Shown here: in pieces, positions 1 through 8,675 of the stretch
Layout of the letters: the number at the start of each line of letters is the position of its first letter
Numbering within the stretch: position 1 is the stretch's first letter
Assembly (NCBI RefSeq): GCF_001457595.1
Contig: NZ_LN831039.1
Location: 2,340,001 to 2,372,000 of the forward strand
Direction of reading: 5' to 3'
Length of the DNA: 32,000 nt
DNA from: Mycolicibacterium smegmatis
GTDB lineage: Bacteria > Actinomycetota > Actinomycetes > Mycobacteriales > Mycobacteriaceae
Program-made: the position numbers and the translations under genes
The notes under the pieces: generated by a model
Seen by the model: only the letters and a program-made list of their open reading frames with translations
Database searches by the model: none
What the model was told of the DNA's origin: nothing

Positions 1-1
1 C

Positions 2-322
2 ACCCAGATCTGGAATCACCGCCACCCGCTGCCCGCGCACGGCTTCGAGCCCGAACATCCGTGGCTGCTACGCTTTTTCGACCGCATCAGCTGGTATCCC
101 GTCTCGGCGGAAGAACTGCTGGACCTGCGTGCCGACATGGCGGCGGGCCGCGGCCACGTCGACATCACCGACGGGGTGTTCGCGCTCGCCGAGCACGACG
201 CGTTCCTCGCCGAGAACGCCGACGACATCGCCGCGACGCGCGCGACAATGGAAGCCGCGCGCGCCGAGGAACGTCAACGCTGGTCGGACGCAGGAGAATT
301 CGCACGAAAGGAATCCGCGTGA
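2..322 (+). CDS. Urea carboxylase, C-terminal fragment (gene starts before the window)
   Basis: Open frame from the window edge reads ...PWLLRFFDRISWYPVSAEELLDLRADMAAGRGHVDITDGVFALAEHDAFLAENADDIAATRATMEAARAEERQRW..., typical of the region after the KipA-like domain of urea carboxylase. It overlaps the allophanate hydrolase start by GTGA. Confidence 0.75.
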   Translation, partial: TQIWNHRHPLPAHGFEPEHPWLLRFFDRISWYPVSAEELLDLRADMAAGRGHVDITDGVFALAEHDAFLAENADDIAATRATMEAARAEERQRWSDAGEFARKESA

Positions 323-1989
323 CGGGCAAGATCGACGAGATCTACCGCAGGATCGAGCAGAGCGGCCGGTCCGAGGTGTTCATCCACCTGCGGCCGCAGG
401 ACCAGGTGGAGGCCGACCACGCGTCCGCCACGAGTGGCCCGCTGGCCGGTCTGGTGCTCGCGGTCAAGGACAACGTCGACGTCGCCGGACTGCCCACCAC
501 CGCGGCCTGTCCGGGATACAGCTTCGTGCCCGACACCGACGCCCCCGTCGTGGCCGTCCTGAAGGCCGCGGGCGCTGTCGTCATCGGCAAGACCAACCTC
601 GACCAGTTCGCCACCGGCCTCGTCGGAACCCGCAGCCCCTACGGCCCGGTACGCAACGCCCAACGTCCCGAATACATCTCGGGCGGTTCGAGTTCCGGGT
701 CGGCCGTTGCGGTCGCACTCGGCTTCGCCGACATCGCGATCGGCACCGACACCGCAGGCTCCGGGCGTGTGCCCGCCGGACTGCAGGGCATCGTCGGTAT
801 CAAGCCGACCCTCGGCGTGGTCCCGAACACCGGTGTGGTGCCCGCGTGCGCGAGCTATGACTGCGTGACGATCTTCGCCGCCGACCTGCCGACCGCACAG
901 GCCGCGATGGGTGTCATGGCCACCGCCGAACCGCACCGCGCGTGGCCCGCCGATCTCATGTTGGCCGCGCCGCCTGCGCCCAGGGTCGCGGTGCCCGCGC
1001 AGGTGCCCGAACTCGACGTGGCGTGGCAGGCTGCGTTCACCGAGGCGGTGCAGCGCGCGCAGGCCGCCGGGTTCGAAACCGTGCCCATCGACATGACGCC
1101 GTTCTTCGCCGCGGCGGACCTGCTGTACAACGGGGCACTCGTGGCCGAACGATGGGACGCCGTCGGCGAATTCATCGAAAGCGCCGGGCCGGGCGCCGGG
1201 CTGGACCCGACCGTGTCGGCGATCATCAGCGCCGCGGGCAGGCACTCGGCCGCCGACCTGCTGCGCGACCGTCGCCGCGTCGAGCACCTCCGCGACGAGG
1301 CGTTCGCAGCCCTCGCGGGATGCGATGCGCTGTTGGTGCCCACCGCGCCCGAGCATCCGCGTATTGCCGACGTCGCCGCCGACCCGATCGGGGTGAACGC
1401 GCGCATGGGGCGGTTCACCAATTTCTGCAACCTGTTCGACATGTGTGCCATCGCGATCCCGGCGGGCACCACCTCCGACGGCGCGCAGTTCGGCATCACG
1501 CTGCTGGCGCCGGCGTTCGGTGATGCCGTCGTCGCCGATCTCGCGGCGCGTTTCCTCGCTGTGCCCGCCGCGGCGTCGTGGGCTGAGGCCGCCACGGAGG
1601 TCACCGAGATCGCCGTGTTCGGAGCGCATCTGCGTGGGCAACCGCTGGAGCACGAGCTCACCGGACGCGGTGCGCGCTGGGGCGGGCCGGTGGTCACCGC
1701 GCCGCACTACCGGCTGTTCGCCCTCGACACCGAGCCCCCCAAACCGGGCCTGGTGCGCGTCGACAGCGACGGATCCGCGATCGAGGGGGAGCGGTGGGTG
1801 CTCTCACCCGCGGCACTCGGTGAGTTCCTCGCCGAACTGCCCGCCCCGATGCTGCTCGGCAAGGTCGAGTTGAGCGACGGCCGTTGGGTGACGGGTTTCG
1901 GCTGCGACCATGCCGCGCCTGCACACGGCCGCGACATCACGGAGTTCGGCGGGTGGCTCCGGGCCCAGTCGGCCCTTTCGGCTCGATAG
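319..1989 (+). CDS. atzF: Allophanate hydrolase (amidase-signature enzyme)
   Basis: Amidase signature VKDNVDVAGLPTTAACP...SGGSSSGSAVAVALGFADIAIGTDTAGSGRVPAGLQGIVGIKPT plus the C-terminal allophanate hydrolase domain. GTG start overlaps the upstream stop. The ORF-track start at 61 is upstream read-through. Confidence 0.85.
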   Translation: MTGKIDEIYRRIEQSGRSEVFIHLRPQDQVEADHASATSGPLAGLVLAVKDNVDVAGLPTTAACPGYSFVPDTDAPVVAVLKAAGAVVIGKTNLDQFATGLVGTRSPYGPVRNAQRPEYISGGSSSGSAVAVALGFADIAIGTDTAGSGRVPAGLQGIVGIKPTLGVVPNTGVVPACASYDCVTIFAADLPTAQAAMGVMATAEPHRAWPADLMLAAPPAPRVAVPAQVPELDVAWQAAFTEAVQRAQAAGFETVPIDMTPFFAAADLLYNGALVAERWDAVGEFIESAGPGAGLDPTVSAIISAAGRHSAADLLRDRRRVEHLRDEAFAALAGCDALLVPTAPEHPRIADVAADPIGVNARMGRFTNFCNLFDMCAIAIPAGTTSDGAQFGITLLAPAFGDAVVADLAARFLAVPAAASWAEAATEVTEIAVFGAHLRGQPLEHELTGRGARWGGPVVTAPHYRLFALDTEPPKPGLVRVDSDGSAIEGERWVLSPAALGEFLAELPAPMLLGKVELSDGRWVTGFGCDHAAPAHGRDITEFGGWLRAQSALSAR

Positions 1990-2929
1990 GCTCTATAGCC
2001 TCTATAGGCTCCGCGAGTGTGAACTGGCTGCGAGAATCCGGCTGATTTTTCGCAGAGGTTTCACGCTCGCGGTTGCCGTGCGTGGCCTTGCGCGTCGCCA
2101 GCACGGAACCGGACAGGATCAGCACCAGACCGGCGATGTTGTACGCCGTGAGCGGCTCACCCAGCACGATCACGCCCGCCGCCAGGGCGACCGCGGGGTT
2201 GACGTAGGTGAACACCAGCGCGCGGGCCGCGCCCACCTCGCGGATGAGCGCGAAGAACACGATGAAGGCCAGCGCCGTGCACACCACGGCGAGTGCGGCC
2301 AGCGCCGCCAGAACGCGCGTCGACGGCATCGCGTCGGGCCAGGTGAGCGCGGCCGGGGTGGTGTAGATCAGCGCCGCGACGGTCAGGCACGCCGCGGTCA
2401 TCGGCAGGCTGGGAACCTCACCGAGGAAGCGCGCCGCCACCAGCGGAGCGATCGCGTAACACGTTGCGACCAGCAGCACTTCGAGAACGGGCCACACGTG
2501 ACCGCCCGCCAGGCCCGGGCCGGCGAGCACCGCGACACCCGACAGGCCCACGAACAGCCCGGCGACGCGCTTGACACCCAGTCGCTCACCGCCCGTGATC
2601 CGGTCGAGCACCGCGGCGATGATCGGGGCGGCCGCGATCAGGAGTCCGGTCATGGAACTCGTCAGGTGCCGTTCGGCGTCCGTCAGAAGCGCCCACGCCG
2701 CGATGATCTCGAAGAACGCGAACACCAGCACGGGTTTCCAGTGGCGTAGCACCGGGGCCCACGCCGCGCGGGACATCGCCAGCGGCAACAACACCAGGGC
2801 ACCGACCGCCGTGCGGGCGAGCACCAGCACGGGCACCGAGACGCCCTCGACCGCGACCTTGATCAGCAGGTAGGGGATGCCCCAGATGACGCTCATCGCA
2901 CCGAACAGCACCCACCCCCGCACGCTCAC
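1937..2929 (-). CDS. EamA/DMT-family transporter
   Basis: 330 aa hydrophobic protein with repeated EamA-type helices (MSVRGWVLFGAMSVIWGIPYLLIKVAVEG...; FVYVNPAVALAAGVIVLGEPLTAYNIAGLVLILSGSVLAT). Confidence 0.85.
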   Translation of the reverse strand: MSVRGWVLFGAMSVIWGIPYLLIKVAVEGVSVPVLVLARTAVGALVLLPLAMSRAAWAPVLRHWKPVLVFAFFEIIAAWALLTDAERHLTSSMTGLLIAAAPIIAAVLDRITGGERLGVKRVAGLFVGLSGVAVLAGPGLAGGHVWPVLEVLLVATCYAIAPLVAARFLGEVPSLPMTAACLTVAALIYTTPAALTWPDAMPSTRVLAALAALAVVCTALAFIVFFALIREVGAARALVFTYVNPAVALAAGVIVLGEPLTAYNIAGLVLILSGSVLATRKATHGNRERETSAKNQPDSRSQFTLAEPIEAIEPIEPKGPTGPGATRRTP

Positions 2930-2980
2930 CTGTCCACCGTACGAGGGTCGTCAATCAGGTTTACCGGCGAACCCGGCCGG

Positions 2981-4123
2981 CTACGGCCTGGTGAGCTCGG
3001 CGTACCGGCTGACGTGCGCGGCGGTCGAACCGTACTCGTACTGCAGCGCGGTGAGCCGCTTGAAGTAGTGGCCGATCGCGAGTTCCTCGGTCATACCCAT
3101 GCCGCCGTGCAGCTGCACCGCGTTCTGGCCGACGAAGCGCGCGGCCCGGCCCACCGTGGCCTTGGCAGCCGAGACGGCCTTGGCGCGCGTGACCGCATCG
3201 GAGTCGAGGTTGAGCACCGCGAGGTACATCGCGGCCGACGCCTGTTCGACCTCCATGTGCATGTCGACCATGCGGTGCTGCAGGGCCTGGAAGCTGCCGA
3301 TCGGCTGGCCGAACTGCTGGCGCTGCTTGCAGTACTCGACGGTGTCGGCGAGCACCTTGCGCATGCCGCCGACGGCTTCGGCGCACACCGCGGCGGCGCC
3401 TTCGTCGCGCGCGAGTTCCAGCGACGGCCCGGCCTGCCCCTCGGGCCCCAGCAACGCCGACGCGGGCAGTCGCAGCCCGTCGAACTCCAGATCCGAGGCC
3501 CTGCGGTCGTCGACCGTGCGGTAGTGGTGCGCGGTGAATCCGCTTCCCGCCGAGGCGGTCTCGACGAGGAACAGGGATATCCCGTCCTTGTCGGTCGTGT
3601 CGCCGGAGGTCCGCGCGGTCACCAGCAGATGCGTCGCGAACAGCGCGTTGACCACGACGATCTTCGAGCCGTCGAGCACCCACTCGTCACCGTCGCGGCG
3701 CGCCGTGGTCTCGACGCTGTACCAGTTGTCCCCGGACGTCGGTTCGGTCGCGGCCACCGCAACGACGGCCGCTCCACCGACGAGGTCCTCCAGCACGTTC
3801 TGCGCGGCATCACCGCCCGCGCGCTGCAGCAGGCCGCCCGCGACGACGACGGTGTCGACGAAGGGTTCGATGACCAGCGCGTGGCCCAGCGCCTCGGCGA
3901 TCACCATCGCCTCGACCGCACCGCCACCGATTCCGCCGGACTCCTCGGGCAGCGTCGCCCCCAGAATGCCCAGCTCTTCGGCGAATCCACGCCAGATGTC
4001 GGGTTGCCAGCCCTCGCCGAGTTTGGCCGCGGCCCGGCTGGTCTGCAGGTCGTAACGGCTCGACAGGAACTTGGTGAGCCCGTCGCGCAGCAGTTCCTGT
4101 TCCTTGGTCAGGTTGAAGTCCAT
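2981..4123 (-). CDS. Acyl-CoA dehydrogenase family protein
   Basis: MDFNLTKEQELLRDGLTKFLSSRYD...; GQEGPSLELARDEGAAAVCAEAVG; QLHGGMGMTEELAIGHYFKRLTAL. Start set at MDFNL; the longer ORF-track start lacks similarity. Confidence 0.85.
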   Translation of the reverse strand: MDFNLTKEQELLRDGLTKFLSSRYDLQTSRAAAKLGEGWQPDIWRGFAEELGILGATLPEESGGIGGGAVEAMVIAEALGHALVIEPFVDTVVVAGGLLQRAGGDAAQNVLEDLVGGAAVVAVAATEPTSGDNWYSVETTARRDGDEWVLDGSKIVVVNALFATHLLVTARTSGDTTDKDGISLFLVETASAGSGFTAHHYRTVDDRRASDLEFDGLRLPASALLGPEGQAGPSLELARDEGAAAVCAEAVGGMRKVLADTVEYCKQRQQFGQPIGSFQALQHRMVDMHMEVEQASAAMYLAVLNLDSDAVTRAKAVSAAKATVGRAARFVGQNAVQLHGGMGMTEELAIGHYFKRLTALQYEYGSTAAHVSRYAELTRP

Positions 4124-4134
4124 CAGTGTTCCCG

Positions 4135-5367
4135 TCAGAGTCCGAGGGCCGCTTTGGCGAGGATGTTCCGCTGAATCTCGTTGCTGCCGGCGTAGATCGA
4201 CCCGGCGCGGTCGTTGAAGTAGCGCAGCGGTGCGACGGCCTGCCACGGTTCACCGCTGACATAACCGTCGGCGGGCGGCTCGAACTCGGCGACCGGACCA
4301 CCCGGACGCGTCGCGTGCGGCTGGTAGGCGCGGCCGCGTGGACCGGCGGCCTCCATCGACAGCTCGGTGAGAATCTGGCTCAGCTCGGTGCTGAGCACCT
4401 TGAGCATCGACGACGCGGTGCCGGGATTGCGGCCCTCGGCGACCGCCGCGAGCACCTGGTACTCCAGGATCTCCAGGACGTCGGTGCGGATGCGGGCGTC
4501 GGCGAGCTTGCGGCTGAACGCCGGATCGTCGATCAGCCGCCCCCCGGACGGGCCCGGCTGCCGCGCGGCCACGGTCGCGATCTCCTCGCCGAGCACCTGC
4601 AGCGCGGGTGAGGATGCGCCGCCGCCGCGTTCGAACTCCAGCAGGTACTTGGCGACGGTCCAGCCGTCGTCGATGGCGCCGATGACGTTCTTCTTCGGCA
4701 CCCGCACCTCGTCGAAGAACACCTGGTTCTGCACCTCTTCACCCGAGGTCATCACCAGGGGGCGGATCTGGATACCGGGCGAGGTCATGTCGATCAACAC
4801 GAACGTGATGCCCTGCTGCTTCTTGGCACCGCGGGTGGTGCGCACGAGCGCGAACATCCAGTTCGCTTCCTGCGCATGCGTGGTCCAGATCTTGCTGCCG
4901 GTGCAGACCAGGTCGTCTCCGTCGGAGACCGCGCTCATCGACAGCGCCGCGAGGTCCGAACCGGCCTCGGGTTCGGAGTAGCCCTGGCAGAAGAACACCT
5001 CGCCGGTCAGGATGCGGGGGAGGAAGTAGGACTTCTGCTCCTCGGTGCCGAACTTGATGATGGCGTGCGCCACCATGCGGATGCCCATCGGGGACAGCGC
5101 CGGTGCGCCGGCGAGCGTGGACTCGCGGCTGAAGATGTAGTGCTGCGTCAGGCTCCAGTCGCAGCCGCCGTGCTCGACCGGCCACGCCGGGGCCGCCCAT
5201 CCGCGTTCGTGCAGGATGCGCTGCCATTCCATGCTCGCTTCGTGCTCGGAGTACACGCTCGTCTGGAGCCGTCCCGCCTCGCGGAGGTCGGGTGTCAGTT
5301 TCTCCGCGAGGAAGCCGCGCACCTCGTCGCGGAACTCCTGGTCGGTTTTCGACCATTTCAGGTCCAT
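4135..5367 (-). CDS. Acyl-CoA dehydrogenase family protein
   Basis: MDLKWSKTDQEFRDEVRGFLAEKL...CQGYSEPEAGSDLAAL...SIYAGSNEIQRNILAKAALGL; 410 aa. Confidence 0.88.
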   Translation of the reverse strand: MDLKWSKTDQEFRDEVRGFLAEKLTPDLREAGRLQTSVYSEHEASMEWQRILHERGWAAPAWPVEHGGCDWSLTQHYIFSRESTLAGAPALSPMGIRMVAHAIIKFGTEEQKSYFLPRILTGEVFFCQGYSEPEAGSDLAALSMSAVSDGDDLVCTGSKIWTTHAQEANWMFALVRTTRGAKKQQGITFVLIDMTSPGIQIRPLVMTSGEEVQNQVFFDEVRVPKKNVIGAIDDGWTVAKYLLEFERGGGASSPALQVLGEEIATVAARQPGPSGGRLIDDPAFSRKLADARIRTDVLEILEYQVLAAVAEGRNPGTASSMLKVLSTELSQILTELSMEAAGPRGRAYQPHATRPGGPVAEFEPPADGYVSGEPWQAVAPLRYFNDRAGSIYAGSNEIQRNILAKAALGL

Positions 5368-5539
5368 GCCTGCCCCTGTCTGCCGATGTAGCCTCCACAG
5401 AGTAAACCTAGTTAGTCAAGTGACGTGGACCACCCCGAGATGTTCACGGCAGCCGAGCCGGTGGTTGGTAACCCGTGGCGATGTCGGGCACTATCGACAC
5501 GTGGAGCGGCGACAGAGCGACGAGCAACCCCGATCGCCC

Positions 5540-5902
5540 ATGGAGCTGCTGCAGCAGATGCCCGCGCTCGTGGTGCTCGAGCGGTTTCCGGTGCCGGTGC
5601 TCGCGATCGCCGAGGACGGTTCGATCCTGTTCGCCAACAGCGCGTTTGCCGAGATGGTGGGACGCAGCACCGACGACGTGAAGGCCCTGCCGTTCGCCGA
5701 GATCTTCCACTCGCTGCCCGCCGACGATTCGGCGGTGTCCGTGATGCGCGCCCATGCCGACCTGGTCGTCGAACTCAAGCACGACGACGGCTCGATCGTG
5801 CGGGCGCTGATGAGCAAGTCGGCGCTTCTGCGCGGCGACGATCCGGTCGCGCTCGCGTGCTTCCAGGACCTCACCGAGAAGCTGTGGACCGAGGAACTCT
5901 GA
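5540..5902 (+). CDS. Small stand-alone PAS-domain protein (start uncertain)
   Basis: MELLQQMPALVVLERFPVPVLAIAEDGSILFANSAFAEMVGRSTDDVKALPFAEIFHSLP... is a PAS core. Upstream in-frame GTG codons are possible starts. Confidence 0.65.
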   Translation: MELLQQMPALVVLERFPVPVLAIAEDGSILFANSAFAEMVGRSTDDVKALPFAEIFHSLPADDSAVSVMRAHADLVVELKHDDGSIVRALMSKSALLRGDDPVALACFQDLTEKLWTEEL

Positions 5903-5919
5903 ATTCTCAGAAAGACCAC

Positions 5920-5950
5920 TTGACCCTCACGCGGCGTGAGGCGCCAGCCT
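5920..5950 (+). promoter_or_regulatory. Candidate MerR/TipA-type promoter with operator CCTCACG-CGG-CGTGAGG (5925-5941)
   Basis: Perfect 7-bp inverted repeat inside a 19-bp spacer between TTGACC (5920-5925) and CAGCCT (5945-5950). The regulator ATG is 7 nt downstream. Confidence 0.65.
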
Positions 5951-5956
5951 TGTCAC

Positions 5957-6748
5957 ATGACGCAGGAGTTGCCGGTGGAGGAACTCACGGTCGGTGAGGT
6001 CGCCAAGCGATTTCGCATCACGGTGCGCACCCTTCACCACTACGACGAGATCGGGTTGCTGAGCCCCAGCCGGCGTGTGACCTCGGGTTACCGGGTCTAC
6101 ACGCCGGCCGACCTGACACGGCTGTCGCAGATCATCGTGTACCGCCGGCTCGAGTTCTCGCTCGACGAGATCGCGAGCCTGCTCGACGAGGGTGATGCGG
6201 TCAGCCACCTGCTCCGTCAGCGAGAACGCGTCATGGCACGCCTCGGCGAGATGAAGGACCTCGTCGCGGCCATCGATCAGGCATTGGAGAAGGCGATGAC
6301 CAACACCCCCATGACCGACGACGACATGCGTGAACTGTTCGGCGAGGGCTTCGACGACTACCAGGCCGAGGCCGAGCGCAAGTTCGGTGACACGGCCGAG
6401 TGGAAGGAATCCCAGCGGCGGACGAAGTCCTACAGCAAGGGGCAGTGGATCCAGCTCAAGGACGAGGGGGAAGCGGTGGAGAAGGCCCTGGCGGACGCCT
6501 TCCGAGGTGGGCTCGCACCCGACTCCGAAGTGGCCATGGACGCCGCCGAACAGCACCGGCTGCACGTGAACCGCTGGTTCTACGACTGCCCGCCCGATTT
6601 TCACCGCAAGCTGGGCGACATGTACGTCAGCGACCCGGCGTACGTCGCACGGTACGACGAATCCTTCGGGCTTCCCGGACTTGCCGCGTTCTGTCGCGAC
6701 GCCATCCATGCGAACGCCGACCGTGCGGGCGGCGATGTGACCGGCTAA
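5957..6748 (+). CDS. MerR-family regulator with TipAS-like (antibiotic-binding) C-terminal domain
   Basis: N-terminal MerR HTH (LTVGEVAKRFRITVRTLHHYDEIGLLSPSRRVTSGYRVY) and TipAS-like C-terminus (YSKGQWIQLKDEGEAVEKAL...AEQHRLHVNRWFYDCPPDFHRKLGDMYVSDPAYVARYDESFGLPGLAAFCRDAIHANA). Confidence 0.85.
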   Translation: MTQELPVEELTVGEVAKRFRITVRTLHHYDEIGLLSPSRRVTSGYRVYTPADLTRLSQIIVYRRLEFSLDEIASLLDEGDAVSHLLRQRERVMARLGEMKDLVAAIDQALEKAMTNTPMTDDDMRELFGEGFDDYQAEAERKFGDTAEWKESQRRTKSYSKGQWIQLKDEGEAVEKALADAFRGGLAPDSEVAMDAAEQHRLHVNRWFYDCPPDFHRKLGDMYVSDPAYVARYDESFGLPGLAAFCRDAIHANADRAGGDVTG

Positions 6749-7398
6749 TCGGTGCCGGGGGAGCGCCGCATGGATTCGCGTGCGAGGAACTCGCGGAAGT
6801 AGTCGAGGGATGCGGGCTCGACCAGGGCCGGCAGCAGCAGGTCCCAGGTGCGGACGAGGCGTTCGCGAAGATCCGTGCCGGACGTGCCTGCACGGGTCAG
6901 CGCCTCGGCGCCGAGCAGCGCCGACAGGACCACGTCGGCCACGGCCCCGGGATCCAGACCTTCACGCAGGTCACCTTCAGCAGCGGCGCGGTGTAGCTGT
7001 GCCGAGATCGCATCGAGCCAGCTCGCATACACGCGTGCGGTCGTGTCGTTGATACCCGCGAAGGTCTGCAAGAGGTGAAGGCCGATGTCGGCGACCCGGT
7101 CGGTGCGGGTGAAGTCGCACACCACGAACAGTCCGTGGATGAGGTTCTCCAGCGCCGGGGACGACGTTTCGGTGATGTTCTGGAAGGCCGCGAGCATGCT
7201 TGCCCCACTTTCGGCGATGATGGCCTCGGCGAGGGCCTCCTTGGAGTCGAAGTGGTAGTACAGCGCACCCTTGGTCATGTCGGCGCGCTCGATGATCTCG
7301 CCCAATCCGGTTGCCGGATAGCCGATTTCAGCGAAAAGGTCGACGGCGGCGGTGATGATCTTGCGTCGGGTGACACCGGCGCGGGCTTGACGTGCCAC
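6745..7398 (-). CDS. TetR/AcrR-family regulator, similar to the gamma-butyrolactone receptor (ScbR) subgroup
   Basis: MARQARAGVTRRKIITAAVDLFAEIGYPATGLGEIIERADMTKGALYYHFDSKEALAEAII. Confidence 0.85.
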   Translation of the reverse strand: MARQARAGVTRRKIITAAVDLFAEIGYPATGLGEIIERADMTKGALYYHFDSKEALAEAIIAESGASMLAAFQNITETSSPALENLIHGLFVVCDFTRTDRVADIGLHLLQTFAGINDTTARVYASWLDAISAQLHRAAAEGDLREGLDPGAVADVVLSALLGAEALTRAGTSGTDLRERLVRTWDLLLPALVEPASLDYFREFLARESMRRSPGTD

Positions 7399-7404
7399 GA
7401 GCGG

Positions 7405-8106
7405 TCACGCCGATCCGGCGCGCGTGTGCGCCGGTGGTTCGGGATGCAGCGGGACGGCCTTGCGCGCCGTCAACGTGGTGCGGCGGCGGATGAACTGCCG
7501 CAGGTAGCCCAGCCGGTCGGGGTTGGCGATGCCCGGCAGTACGAGCTGCCAGCTGCGCTCCAGGTCCTGCAGGAACCGTTGTGGATCCTCCAGTTCGCTG
7601 GTCTGGCGGACGCCCAGGTACAGCGACACCAGCAGCCGGGCCACGACGTCCGGGTCGCTGTCTGGGGTGAGATCACCCTCGGAGACGGCGCGGCGGCCGA
7701 TCGCGGAGAAGCGCGCGACCCAGTCCGTGACAACCTTCGCGCCGAGGTTCTCGGTGCGTCCGATCGATTCGATCAGGTTGAGCCCGGCACGCGTCATCGG
7801 GTCGCTGACGTCGTCGACCGCGAGTTGGTAGCTGATGTCGATGAGGGTCTCGAGGCCGGACAGATTGCGCGCGGCGACGTCCTCGGTGGTGTCGCGGGCC
7901 TGCGCGGCGTGGTACTCGACGATTGCGCAGGCCAGCGCGTGCTTGGAGCGGAAATGGAAGTACAGCGCCCCCTTGGTCACCTGGGCGTCGGCGAGGATGT
8001 CATCGAGGCTTACCAGGCTGTACGGGGTGCGCGCGAACTGCCGCGACGCGGCCTGCAGGATCTGGAGCCGGGTGAGGTCTGCTCGGCGGTCGAGCTGCTC
8101 AGTCAC
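7405..8106 (-). CDS. TetR/AcrR-family regulator, similar to the ScbR subgroup
   Basis: VTEQLDRRADLTRLQILQAASRQFARTPYSLVSLDDILADAQVTKGALYFHFRSKHALACAIVEYHAAQ; GTG start at 8106, downstream of the ORF-track start. Confidence 0.8.
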   Translation of the reverse strand: MTEQLDRRADLTRLQILQAASRQFARTPYSLVSLDDILADAQVTKGALYFHFRSKHALACAIVEYHAAQARDTTEDVAARNLSGLETLIDISYQLAVDDVSDPMTRAGLNLIESIGRTENLGAKVVTDWVARFSAIGRRAVSEGDLTPDSDPDVVARLLVSLYLGVRQTSELEDPQRFLQDLERSWQLVLPGIANPDRLGYLRQFIRRRTTLTARKAVPLHPEPPAHTRAGSA

Positions 8107-8142
8107 CACACAACCTCGGAATCTGCAGGATCGCATCGTCGG

Positions 8143-8173
8143 GCGTACGTCTTCTGGCAAACGCGCGTACGTC
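8143..8173. repeat. Direct repeat GCGTACGTC x2 (8143-8151 and 8165-8173), 22 bp apart
   Basis: Exact repeats upstream of the TetR gene at 7405-8106; possible operator. Confidence 0.4.
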
Positions 8174-8344
8174 AATTGTTCCATCAGGAAATTCCCATAC
8201 CGAGGCGGCGCTGACCGTGTCTTGATGTCGGTTCTCCGATCCGCCGCGATTCGCGAATACTTGAAGTCACCAGTAGGCGTGCGGATCATTCTATCGGTAT
8301 GTATTCTGCTTTATGTGATAACTCCGGGTTCGCCGTTGGTGGAC

Positions 8345-8376
8345 CCTGCAGCGTTGGATCGCGCCCCCGCTGCAGG
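8345..8376. repeat. Perfect 9-bp inverted repeat CCTGCAGCG/CGCTGCAGG with 14-nt spacer
   Basis: Read directly: 8345-8353 and 8368-8376. Confidence 0.5.
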
Positions 8377-8438
8377 CCCCGCGACGTACCGTGCGCCATC
8401 GCTTTCCGCGGTGGTGCGGGGCTATCCTGAATGTGTTG

Positions 8439-8486
8439 CCATGGCCTGCACCGGCAATCCCCCTCGAATCCCGGTGCAGGTCATGG
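8439..8486. repeat. 16-bp inverted repeat CCATGGCCTGCACCGG / CCGGTGCAGGTCATGG (15/16 paired), 16-nt spacer
   Basis: Arms 8439-8454 and 8471-8486 read directly in the non-coding interval. Confidence 0.6.
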
Positions 8487-8551
8487 TGACCTCGCATACT
8501 CGGTACCCACTAGGTGTCCTCGCTGCGTCCGATGCACACCGCGCCACGTGC

Positions 8552-8569
8552 GGACAACGCCCGTTGTCC
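8552..8569. promoter_or_regulatory. Operator-like near-palindrome GGACAACG-CC-CGTTGTCC
   Basis: 8-bp perfect arms, 2-bp spacer, about 105 bp upstream of the FAD-type ORF. Confidence 0.4.
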
Positions 8570-8675
8570 AGCTCAGGACGGTCGACTCGGCCCGTGGTGG
8601 CGGCGGCGCACACACGCTGAGGGTCGAGGCGCGGCGGTCCATCGGCTCGACTCAGTTTTGAGGTACCAATAAACG

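Noticed and set aside
61-318. Upstream extension of the allophanate hydrolase ORF to position 61
   Set aside because: The added residues are Arg/Pro-rich out-of-frame read-through of the urea carboxylase end. The GTG at 319 coupled to the upstream stop fits the known family start.
274-1707. 477-aa minus-strand ORF opposite allophanate hydrolase
   Set aside because: Arg/Gly-rich shadow ORF typical of high-GC DNA; the plus-strand protein has clear amidase motifs.
8422-8613. 63-aa minus-strand ORF inside the 8107-8675 gap
   Set aside because: No ribosome-binding site, no conserved-looking segment, and it runs across the inverted repeats, which better explain the region.
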